Assembly (NCBI GenBank): GCA_964016885.1 | Contig: OZ024740.1 | Span: 58,280,001 to 58,344,000, forward strand | Reading direction: 5' to 3' | Source: Eledone cirrhosa | Taxonomy: Eukaryota | DNA length: 64,000 nucleotides | Shown: one piece after another, positions 52,564 through 64,000 of the stretch | How positions within the stretch are numbered: position 1 is the stretch's first letter | Layout of the letters: every line of letters begins with the position of its first letter | Notes under the pieces: generated by a model | Told to the model about the DNA's origin: nothing | What the model saw: the letters and a program-made list of their open reading frames with translations, nothing else | The model's database searches: none | Made by a program: the position numbers and the translations under genes

Positions 52564-52652
52564 TATATATATATATATATATATAGTAGTGATAGGTAGG
52601 TAAAAATATCCAAAGTATAGAGTAACTCAGGTCTGCAGAGAGAGAGTTTGAA

Positions 52653-52849
52653 TATAATTATTAAGGCCAGTTACTACAATGGCGCCATACCAGGTACATA
52701 TATTTTGTTAGCCCTGAAGCCCGACTTGTTCAGCTTGTGCCGATTTTCTGTTTCATTTTCATTGCCACAGGTTGAACAAGTTATTACTCAGGGCTAATGA
52801 AATGTACATACCTGGTATGGTGCCATAGTAATTGGCCTTAATAATTATA
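52653..52849. repeat. Imperfect palindromic element
   Basis: TATAATTATTAAGGCCA...GCCATACCAGGTA is mirrored by TACCTGGTATGGT...TGGCCTTAATAATTATA. Confidence 0.85.
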
Positions 52850-55151
52850 CACACATACACACACAGACACACACACACACACACACACATACACATACAC
52901 ACACACATATATAATTGTCATTTTTTATGTTGACTTTTCCATGTTGGCATGGGTTGAATGGGACTTTTTGAGGCAATATTTTACACTAACTCTTTTAGCT
53001 GCTTCTTACCTATTCTAAACTGGATACACGTGGCCTACCTAATACACACAATGCTTGTGTTATGATAAATTGCACACAGTACAATCTGTGGAGTGTTCTT
53101 ACTGGTACCACAATGCACCCAATACATTCAGTAAATTATAGGTACTAGGGCCATGTTAAAATGCACCCAATACACCCTATAAGTGGTTGATGTTAGGAAA
53201 GGCATTTATCCATAGAAAACATGGAAAATCTAGAACATAAGAGCAAGATAGCATTACTTTGATATAACTAACCTCAGACTGTGACAGCCCCTCCGTAAGG
53301 GTGATGATATATGTACACACACACATACACACACGTATGTACATGTGCACCCAGACACAATTTGCTTCCTTTTGGTTGCCAGTACTGGAGATAAATATGA
53401 ATGGTATTAAACTCAGTTCAACTATTGGTCAACTGGAAAAATGAAGTACATTTGTCTCAAAGTGCCAGTGATCAAGTCTTCTGATTTCCACTGTAACTTC
53501 AAATGTTATTCATAATTCAACATTCAGCCTTATTTGAATCATTTCCAGATGTTATTTGTAACCATAGTTCTCCGAAGAAACATTATATGAAATGGATTTC
53601 AAGCTATTCAATTCATGTTCTCCAGCAATTTACTTAAACCACTCTAGCTATTTGGTGAGTATATTCAATCAGATGACAATATCTGTCTCATTATTTCTGT
53701 GAAAGAAATTGATGATATGGTTAACATATGCATCAATATTCACAGAAGTAAAATCTTCCTTTCATTTTATTATTTCAATTTTACATATATGCTAGCATCT
53801 GTAACCTGTTTTCTGAAGATCATGTTCTAGTTAATTATATTTATATAAATCCTGGATAAAAACAGATAGTATATGATGTATTTAAACTGGTCAATATGCA
53901 ACTATTTACTGCTTTCGTATTTACATCATCATCATATGTCCTTTTACCATGCTAGTTTACACTCAATCAGACTGGCTGGTGGCCACAATCTGCTTATATA
54001 CATTCCTGATGAGTCCCCTGAACTCTTCAGACATGAATTCTAAGGTGGGATGTCCTTCCTAACACTTTACAGAGAATACTGGATGCATTTTATTGTGCCA
54101 CTAATACTAGATACCCTTGGTGTGACTGAAGAGTCCTCTCAACTTTTTGGCATGGTTTCTATGATAGGCTGCCCTTACTAACACTAGCCACTTTATAGAG
54201 CGTACTAGGTGCATATTTATCATGGCACCAGCACTTTTTGAAAACTCATGGAAATTCCTTGGAGAAATTATGAAAGACATCCATTAATATTTTTCCAGCC
54301 AGCATAGATATTTAACAATCTCTGTTACACTTGTCAGTTCAATCAGAGGTATTCTTAGGATATTAGAATTTATAACTGCATCTAAGTTTAGTCTTAAATC
54401 TGGCATATTTTTCTATGTACTTAATGTCATAATGTTTTCATAACACCAAAATAGGAGTCTTGTTAGATCCTAGGCTCATCGCCAAGCTTTGGTGCTTACC
54501 AGGACTTCAGAATATTGGGTGAGGTAGGTGTACTCTAATTCAAAGTTATTGTAAGGCAGTTTCAGCATAAGCATATCACCATAATTTGTGTGTGTGTGAG
54601 TGTGTGTGTGTGTGGGGGGGGGGGGGTACAGTGCCTCTCCTCCATTTTGATAATGGGCCTAGTTACAGAATAGGGCAAAATGCTTTTTGATATTTGTTTT
54701 AGCCTTCTACACTCTGAGCTCAAACCCCACTGAAGTCAAATGTCTTTTAACCTTTCAGAGTTGATAAAATAAAATACCAGTCAAAGGGGTGGATTGGTAG
54801 AATTATAAATATTGGATGATATGCCTTGTGGTATTTCTTTCAGTTCTTTACATTTTGAGTTCAAATCCTGCTGAAACCTACTTGGGTGGTAGACTTAAAT
54901 CGTCACCTAGTTTACCACCACCACCTTTAGTAGTGTTTGCTTAGTTGCAAGCATTCAGACGAGGACTCCAGTTTGAGGATACATTTCTCCCTTTACCTTA
55001 ACAGTCTTAGAGGCCCTGAAAACTGTCATGGGCACCACTCCTTTCTCTCTGTCTGACTAAAGTGTAAAAGAGAGAGAGAGAGAGAGAAAGGGAGCGGGGA
55101 GAAACACTCTACAATTATTTTAGATAGTTGTGAAGCTACATTCTGTTAAAT

Positions 55152-57850
55152 TATCATCATCATCATATGTCTGCTTTTTCATGCTTGCATAGTTTGGATG
55201 TCTCCACTCATCACAATCCTTTATCATTACTATGAGCTTCAGTAATTTGAGATCAATTCTCATGACTTCACCCAGGTCTTCCTTGATCCTCCTCTACTGT
55301 GGCTTCCTTCCACCGGGATTTCTTGGCACTTCTCCATTCATCTATGAAACATCATCTACATGCATCACATATCTATACCAGTGCAGTCTTCTCTCCTGCA
55401 CACAACATCTGATTCTTCTTATACTCAGTTTCCCTCTCAGTTCATCCATGCTTTGTCATTCCTACACATTAACATTTCATGTCCATTGAAGAATGCTTTT
55501 CTGTTCTATCCAGCTTTTGCATATCCTCAGCAGTCACTGCCCATGTTTCACTACCATACTACATTGCACACCATACACAGGCAGCATACAACTGACTCTT
55601 CATTCATAGGGAGAAATCTTTTGTTGTTAACAGGAGTGATAGCTCTCTAAACTTCTTCCATGCAATTCTTCTTTTAGCTGCTATGCTCTTGCAGCACCCA
55701 CCTCCACTGCTAATTTGGTCACTTAGATAGTAGAAACTATCAATAACTTCTATGGATCCTACCCTGGATTGAAAAAGGTGTATTTCACTGACACTGTTAC
55801 TATCAATTTTCCCTGAGCATCAATTGCATACAAGTATTTCCTTTCCTGTTAGTCTGCCTACTATCCTGCTACACCTATTGTGTACTCAAGATTTTCATTG
55901 CATACATAGTATAGAGTTTCTACCTATTTCTTTTCTGCATATCAAGTATAGCTATTTCTCTGATGGGATCAGGGCCTTGTCTCCTTTCGTTTTTGCTAAG
56001 TCTACTCTCAGCGCCCTTTTGATTCTAAGTTCTGTTTCCACATTCTAAATTTGTTCTCTAGTTCTCCTACAGATTCAGCTATAAGAACCAGATCATCAGC
56101 ATATAGAGGTTCCCTTGGACAACCTGTCTTAAACACCTCTGTTATGGCCTGAAGGACTATAATAAACAGAAGTTGGCTGATGACAGATGACAGATCATGT
56201 TAATTTTCCAAAGGCCTTCACTAGATTAATGAAAGCTAGATATAGTGTTAGATTTTTAGCTAGGAACTTCTCTTATAGTTGTCTCACTAAAAAGTGAGCA
56301 TTCCCTGGCACAACATCAAACTGCATCTTATCTGGTTTAACTCTTTCTCTAGTTAGTTGTGGTAGAACTCTTTCTGTCACTTTCATAACTTAGTCCATTA
56401 GTTGTAATCCCCCGTAGTTGCTCCTTTCTAGAGCAACACCTTTTCCCTTTTAGCAATTAATGAATATACTTCTGCATCAGTCATTGGATATGACCCCGTC
56501 CTGTAATATCTAATTGACTGTGTGGTTACTAGTTCAGCTCCGACTTCTCCAGATGCTTTCAATATCTCATCAACTCTGACATCCAGCAGCTTTAACATTC
56601 TTCATATTCTTAATTGATTCTTTTAATCCTATAACTGTCTATTTCAATAGCTGGTCTTTCTGTTGGGCTATTTGGGGCTACCCTCCCATTCTCCCACTCA
56701 TTCTCCACATTCATTTCCAGGCCTCTTTCTTTGGAGCATCATTTTGAACACACTTTTTCCCAACAGCATCCTGATTCACACTGACACACTGCCTTGCAAT
56801 ATAGAACACCTCTCGTCTTTGATTCTCACCTTATAAGACATTGACAAACCTCCATCTTTCAGTCACTTTGTGTGTTCTGTATATTTGACATTTAGCTTCT
56901 CTCTTAGCTACCTAGTGCTGGTCTCTGCTATTCCCATTTTTCCAATTTTTCCATGCTTGTCTCTTAATGCTCCAGCTACAAGTCTCATCAGTAGTCTGTA
57001 TTAGGTTGTCACATAAGAACTTCTAATTGCCCTCAATGTTATATGTATCGAACTCATCTCTCTTCTGATAATATGCATCCTGTAGAGCCTTTCAAAACCT
57101 GCACTTTACTAAAAGGCCCTTAAGCTTCCATACTTTCCTCCTCCAGATTTTCTAACATTTTTTGTTCTGTCTTGTGTTTAATTTGATGTCACTAATAACT
57201 AACTTATGTTGGGCAGTGTATTCTTCCACTGGGAAGGACTTAACATTCATAACCATCTTTCTATCCTGTTATCTAACAAGCTAGAAATCAATCTGACTTG
57301 TGTGATCAGATGAATGACCAGTTTCCTGAAATTAGTGTTGCAAATGGTTAGTTCATTTGCACCACAGAATTCCAGGAGCTTCACTTTCTCTTCATTTCTT
57401 GAGTCAAAACCATTGCCACCATGTACCTTGCTGTAGCCATCCTGGAGCTGTCCAACATGCCCATTGGAGTTGCCAGCTAGGATGGTGAGGTCCCTGTCAT
57501 CTGTCACTGCAATTGCCTGTAAAAGTTCCTCATAAAAATGATCCTTATCTTCTTTACTCAGTCTTGCTTGTGGAGCGTAGGCATAGATAATTGTCATCAT
57601 TCTATTACTTATGACCATTCTGAGCTTGATAGCTATGACCTTATTTATCCACTTCTCAACTAGTAGAATGCCTACTCCAACTATCCCATCGTCATTTTCT
57701 ACCCAGAAGATTTTGTATATACGTGTTTTGCCTGTGAGTAGTCTTGTTGATACACCCCATCATCTCAACTCTTGAAAACACTGTAGATCCAAACCTTTCC
57801 CCTCAAGTAACTCCATGATTTCTCCAGATATACCTCTCAATGAGCCAGCC
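55152..57850 (-). mobile_element. Old, nearly full-length decayed RTE LINE (PHD-containing type)
   Basis: YAYAPQ..FYEELL..GHVG..LLEFC, YADD region near 56090, and a PHD remnant near 55820-55950. Ends in (GAT)n and has many lesions. Confidence 0.87.
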
Positions 57851-58200
57851 CACTTTGAGAGTATCAGCCTGGAAGTATGTTACCTGACAGTAATGATTAT
57901 GTCCTCTAGCATTTATTCTTTTTACCTGGGAGGGAATAAAGGTGTGTGATTGCTTGCTGATGGTCGTGGAGTTCTTGCACGCAGCTATGTGAGCAAACCC
58001 ACTACCATGCACAGCACTAACATGACTAGTGTTAAGTCTGTATATGCAATTTATGTTGTGCTTTTCATATTTGGTAGGGTTTTCTGGCTGGATGCCCTTC
58101 CACTGACCACTTTACAGCATAGACTAGGTCCATTCTTTGTGCAATCAGCTCTAGATAGGTTGTCTGATTGAACTTAAGGGTCTCCCCAACCTGTATCAGA

Positions 58201-58498
58201 TTTTATTCAGAGTGACGGTTCTCCTAGATAGGCTACCTTCACTGTAGCTTATAGAACCCATGTCTGCTCCATATAGCTTATTTATTCAGAATGATTGCTC
58301 TAGTAGATGGGCTGACTCCTCTGTTATTTACAGAGCCCATGTCTACCCACACAGTCTTATTTATTCAGAGTTCTTTCTTTCTTACATGAGTTGCCTCCAT
58401 AGTGGCTTGTAGAGCCCACATTTTTCTGTGTGCAGTCTTATTTAATCAAAGTGGTTGCTCTGCTAGGCAAGCTGGATTTTCATGGCTCATAGAGCCTG
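58201..58498. repeat. Four diverged ~79-bp tandem units
   Basis: TTTATTCAGA.T...AGAGCCCA...CTTA recurs at ~58202, 58281, 58360 and 58441. Confidence 0.75.
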
Positions 58499-58724
58499 CT
58501 TCTCCCTGGAACCTATACAGATAGGAGGGTGGAGTTTACATGATGCAGCTATTGAGTTAATGAGAGAAAGGTAAATAGACAGATAGATAGAAATGTGGTG
58601 AAAAGATCATTCAGAGGCTTTTTTTATTGATTAAGCCAAGAAAAATAAAAGTAGAATGTTATAATTTGTTTTAGTTTATTTCAAACATGTTATTTCTGTC
58701 AATAAAAAATACCATATGATATTT

Positions 58725-59065
58725 TCCTTCACCCACCTATTCCTGAGAGGGTCATGGGGGCAGAGTCCTCAAACATTCCCTCCAGCGGGTCCTGCCAGAA
58801 GCAACCCTCTCCAACTGATCCGGCTGGATCCACAAGCATGACCAGCCAAGCTTGAGGTCTACCCCTGGATCTTCTATCTGTTGATTTTGCCCATAAAGTC
58901 TCTCCAGTGATTCTTTCCTGAGACATTCTAACCACATGCCCATAGTATTGAAGCTCTGATCTTTCAATTCGGAGAAGTAACAGCTCTACCTGGAGTGAAT
59001 CTCTGATCTCCGAGCTACACACTTTATCAAGTAATGTTACTCCATATTTTCCTGATTGTCATAAT
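58725..59065 (-). mobile_element. RTE 3' fragment (same family as 38323-38675)
   Basis: SSEIRDSLQVELLLLRIERSELQYYGHVVRM...RGRP. Confidence 0.8.
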
Positions 59066-59204
59066 TTTACATCATCCTCGTGACATTCCAAAGTACTAAA
59101 AGGACTTCTTTAGAAATATAAATTATATTAGAAATGATATAGTATTAAATGCTTTTCTTCTAGCTCTTTCTGCTCTGAGTTCAAATCTTGCTATGGTCAA
59201 CTTC

Positions 59205-59873
59205 GCATAGTTTTCGATGACAAGTGAGCAGTGATATATGATATTAGAGAGTACATTCACTATATATGTTCTCACTTAAGAGGATTCAATGTTCATTATC
59301 ATTTCCAACATTTTCGCAGTTACAAACCAATGAGAAAGCCTCCAAATGGTCACTTGACCTGTTAGAAAAAGAAAACAAATCACCAGGTTTTAGCCTACTA
59401 TCTTGACCATCATTGGTCAGTTTAGTAAGAGTTGACATGGTTCTAAAAAACAACAGCAATCTTATTTCTCAATGTTTAGCCTGCTATCTTGAAAAGGAAG
59501 AGATACATTCGATAATGTAGAACTAGATATATGTAATACCTCAGAAAAAGATGGGATGGTATAGCTGGAATACCTTTCATCATTGGTCTGCAGTTGACTT
59601 GGTGCTAAATAACAATAACTTCATCTCTTTATCTCTAAAGCTCCTTTACATAAAACATTAAAGCATGCAACTCAGTTTCTCAGAACTAAGAAAGGTTAAA
59701 TCTCTTAGGTTGTTAACTAGCAGTCTTTTGCCTTCACTTATTACACTTCTAATATGTTGGGAATGATAATGAACATTCACCTTTTACATTACTTTGACTC
59801 CTCTTAAGTGATAACACATATAGAGATTCTACTCTCTAAAGTCATATATCAGTGGTCACTTGTCATAGAGAAT
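59205..59873. repeat. MITE-like element with ~100-bp imperfect inverted arms
   Basis: ATGACAAGTGA...CACTTAAGAGGA...AATGTTCATTATCATT is mirrored at ~59755-59870. Confidence 0.75.
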
Positions 59874-62800
59874 TTTGTGGAGATTTCTAATCATAGTTGC
59901 TGTGAGAATCTTCTGGCAAGGCTAACTGTTTATAGTCTGTAGCCAAATCATGTTACATGGAACAGAAGTTTTCTGTATTGATTATTGAGTGTAATCAGTA
60001 GTGCCAAGTCGTATTGTCTAGTGTTGCTTCAGAGTAGTGCAATGGTTGATTTGTTTAGTGCAACTGTTAATCTCTTCTGGTGAAGCCAGAATCTAATTTG
60101 CATGTGTTTCATTAGAATTATTAAAAAGTTGCATCTCATTTGATGGAGGAATATATGATTGTGATGTGGCTAGCATAGTGTTTTATATGTATTTTGAGTG
60201 AAGCTCTAAATGCAAACAGGTATTGAAGTCTGAAGGCAAAATAACTGTGTAAGACTTTATTTGTACAGTCATATATTTAAGATGATGTATCCATAGGATA
60301 GTCCCCTAAAGATATTTTTGTTGAGTTGCAATAAGGTGAAATATTAGAAACACAATTACTGTTGAGTATGGTTAGATGTACGTGATTTGTCTTTATTAAC
60401 TTAATAATCAGTAATTTATTGTAACATCTAGAAATTCTCTTTGTTCTTGCTTATCAAAGAAAACATCTTTTTCTATACAAAGTATTATATTATTTGAATA
60501 GTTTAAAGATTTTGTATATACTGTCTATTAATCATCATCATCAACATCATCACCATTTAACGTCCATTTTTTTCCATGCTTGCATTTGTCAGACTGGTCA
60601 TCCACGTCATACCTTGCTTTGATGGGACTATAAATTTGGCTGGGGTTTTTACAGCTGCATGCTCTTCCTAACATCAACCACATTTAATAAAAGATCAGAG
60701 ATAAATCTAATATAGGTATAATTACATTTTTTTAAAATTATAAACCTGTAAATACATTTTGTTATCCTTTTCAGAGATAGAAAAACATGGATTGCCTTTA
60801 CTTATTCACAGCTAGTTGGTTGTTGATCAGAAAACAAATACTGTTATCCTGCCATTTACATAACAAATTATAATAAATCAGTATTTATGTTAAACACAAA
60901 CCAGAACTTAATTTAAATAGCCAGTCTAATTTGCATTAATATGCATTCATTGGAAACATAATTAAATAATTAATATTTATGCCCAGCACAATTATATTAG
61001 AAAAACATGAAATAAATTTATTATTAACAATTAAAAGATACCTGTTGACAGATTTCCACATTAATACTATTTAGTACATCTGTTAACTAAATACTATTTA
61101 GTTACATCTGACAAATAAGATCTAAGTTCATTCAATAGTGGAAGGCCATGAAAGTGTGTGAGTCTTCTTTTCTTGATATAGCTGAATATATTCAGTTATT
61201 TAGATAATTTAAACAAAGTTGGGGCAGAATTAGTGATGGTCTTTTGGCTTTAGACCATAGTATCAAAGAAATCTTAGAACTTTCTCTAGAAATTATGAAT
61301 GCTATGAATGTAAAAGAATCCCAGCAGCTAGGAAAGAATAAATTTGGCCTTATCTTCTATATTTGCAAAGACAAGAAAGTAAATGAGTAAAATACAAGCA
61401 TTCAGAAACATCTGTCAATATTGATAAAATAATCAAAGATTGCAAACTTGGTTAAAGACTTTCAAACTTTGATACTAATCTAATTCAAATATAAAAGAAC
61501 ATCTAAAATATTTTTGGATGTATGGGAAAAGTTGACAGAAATTCTGATTGATTCAATGTAATTTCTTCAGAGAATGTGTGTTGTAAACCACTTCTTCCAC
61601 AGTGTCTTCCTAGAAGATAGTCCTTATTTGATAATGATTAAAAGAATAATTAAGTTCATTAGACTGAAGGTACTGAAAATAGATAAAACATCAAGCTTTA
61701 GGGATTGATAAGATAATTATTGAGTGAATTTGCTAAAGCTTTTCATTAACCTGTGTATATATTAGACAATAAATTGTTGCATGGTGGAAGGATTTGTTCA
61801 TCACTCCTTTGTACCCGGTGTCCACATTTTCAGATAAAATACTATATACCAGTTAACTTGACATTTGCATCAATCAATGTGTTAACATCATCAGAGATAA
61901 TTTTTGTAGATATAACTTACTACAATCTGTTTATTAAAGAATATAAATTTATGCAACACTGAAGTTGTATAAGACCTCCATTCTTCAGGGGAAAAACCTT
62001 ACATTAATATGCTTTACTTAAAAAACTCTCAACCAGAACTGCATTAGACTGGTAGCTTGGAAATTTTAATGAATTGATAAAGATAAAAATGTTCTTAGCT
62101 TGATCATTGGTAGACATTTTCAAATTGCCTAACACACTACGAATGAAGTTGATAAAGCTCATTACATTCCGTAAATAATGAAGGTAATCTTTCAAGTGAA
62201 CATTATTTTAGCAGATTAAACAATCCTGAAATAATTTCAAAAGCATGTGAAAAATTGCCAATCAAATAAAATATTTCTACTGCTTATAAATTAAGTTGGA
62301 TTCAATATAGCTTCTTCAGAGGATAAAATAATGCCTTAAACCATTTCTTCAGTAACATCTTCACAGTAGAAGATAACCATTATTTGATAATATAAAAAAT
62401 AACAATGATGTTTATTAAAAAATTCTCTCATTTAATTACAACTATCACTTGTCTACTCACTGAACAACATTCTTAATCTTGTAAAAGCAGACAAGGGTAT
62501 TGATACATTAATAATTCTAGAATACACACTAAAATAAATATAAAATATATTGAAGTGTTCATTTCACAATTCATTTTGCATTTCCTATTAATATCATTTC
62601 TATGAGTGTAACTATTGTACACAACTCCAAATTAATAACATTTAAAATATAAGAGCATGTCTATACTGCTGTTTAATTTAAATATTTTGGAGGTTTAACA
62701 CAATGTTGTTTATTAAAACGATGCTTTTAAATCTTTTGAGGTTTTGTATTTTCTTCAGCTTTATTGTACAGTTGATTCAGTACAATGTCACAAATGTAAA

Positions 62801-64000
62801 CATGTTTATTTCAAAATTAAATTTAAAAAATATATATATTGATTATGTAGATTACTGAGATACACATATAGCAATGGTGACACCTGCCATTATATATGAC
62901 TATCATCATCAGAACAATCAATACCACCATCTTCATTTAACACCCATTTTCCCTGCTAAAAAGGGTTAATATGTTTTAAAAGAAATCAGCTTTGCTTCAG
63001 ATAGAGAAAGCTGAATGAGTAGCTGGTTTACATTTGTTAAATAGAAGTGAATATAATAATTATGTTGAAGATGGTATTTTGGGCATTAAAATACTTTGCC
63101 TGTTCCCTTCATATTTCTGACTAAATCTAAATTATGTGTCTGTGTATTTATTTTTTATCCAATATTGAAATAAAAGGGAAGGCATCAATATCAGATACAA
63201 ATATCAGTGGTTTGTCAATATCGTTCCCATGTACACTGCAACATTGATTTCAAATATGTAAGGAATATTGAAAATAGTAAACAGAAATATTCTTGGCAGT
63301 TTTCTGCATGCTGCAGAATAGTAAATATTGAATGACTTGTATACATTCTAGCATTTTGATTTGAGATAAATTTAAAGAAGAAAATATGTATTTGTACTGC
63401 CTTTACTGAATAATCACAAGACTTGTATAATTTCCCTTGTTGTAACTTTAAACAATGAAATATTCTGATGTAATCAAGGTATTTTTTGTTATTAGTTAGG
63501 AAATCAACTTTTTATATATTTTTTTTAAATTCCTGGAAACATTTTTTGTATTGATTTATAATTTCAAAAGTTATATTATCTAATACGATATTGTCTCATT
63601 CATATGCCTTGGGCTTTTTTCTTATGAATTCCATATTTCTTATTTTCTTCTTGTCTTGTTGCCATAAATCTGCATCTTATTTATGTTTGTTAGGAGCTAG
63701 TATTTTCTGAGAAAGATAAGGAACACATCTTGTTTTGTCAAACATCTGTAGGGACACTTTACACAAATAACTACGTTCTCTAGTGCACAGATACTTTATA
63801 CTAAAACTATGAAGAATTGAGAATGCTCTTATGCTGAAGCACATTTACTTGCTTAGTTAATCAGGTAAATCCATAGGTGCCTTTTCTAATAGCTGATACA
63901 GCAATATCTCTACATTGCTATGGGGTAAAAGAGGTTCCATGAAAAAGAACAGAATATGTTAAAAACTACGGAAAAATGTTCCAAACGTGATAAACTTATT

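Noticed and set aside
54003-54040. Hammerhead-like CCTGATGAGTCC
   Set aside because: There is no closing GGAC-GAAA, and it lies in a decayed RTE-tail-like repeat.

Overview
AT-rich, repeat-dominated animal genomic DNA. The SINE families and the density of (TA)n/(TACA)n microsatellites suggest an octopus or other cephalopod; this is an inference. No host gene, rRNA, true tRNA or CRISPR array can be supported. The first ~18 kb is a stack of non-LTR retroelements separated by microsatellites. It holds (i) a full-length RTE-clade LINE with an intact 1039-aa APE-RT ORF that carries a C4HC3 PHD-type finger inside the RT domain and 98-bp tandem units upstream, (ii) a near-identical truncated sister copy, (iii) two copies of a second RTE subfamily nested tail-to-tail, (iv) a truncated R4/Dong-type element in (TACA)n, and (v) five copies of a ~610-bp non-autonomous RTE-derived element whose 5' end resembles an HDV-like ribozyme. 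The remainder is intron/intergenic-like. It contains tRNA-derived SINEs (a CORE-type family sharing RTE 3' tails and a Meta-core-like family), decayed LINEs, a Ty3/gypsy integrase plus 3' LTR nested in an old LINE, a maT-type Tc1/mariner transposon and several short palindromic elements. All alignments, counts and folds were done by eye.
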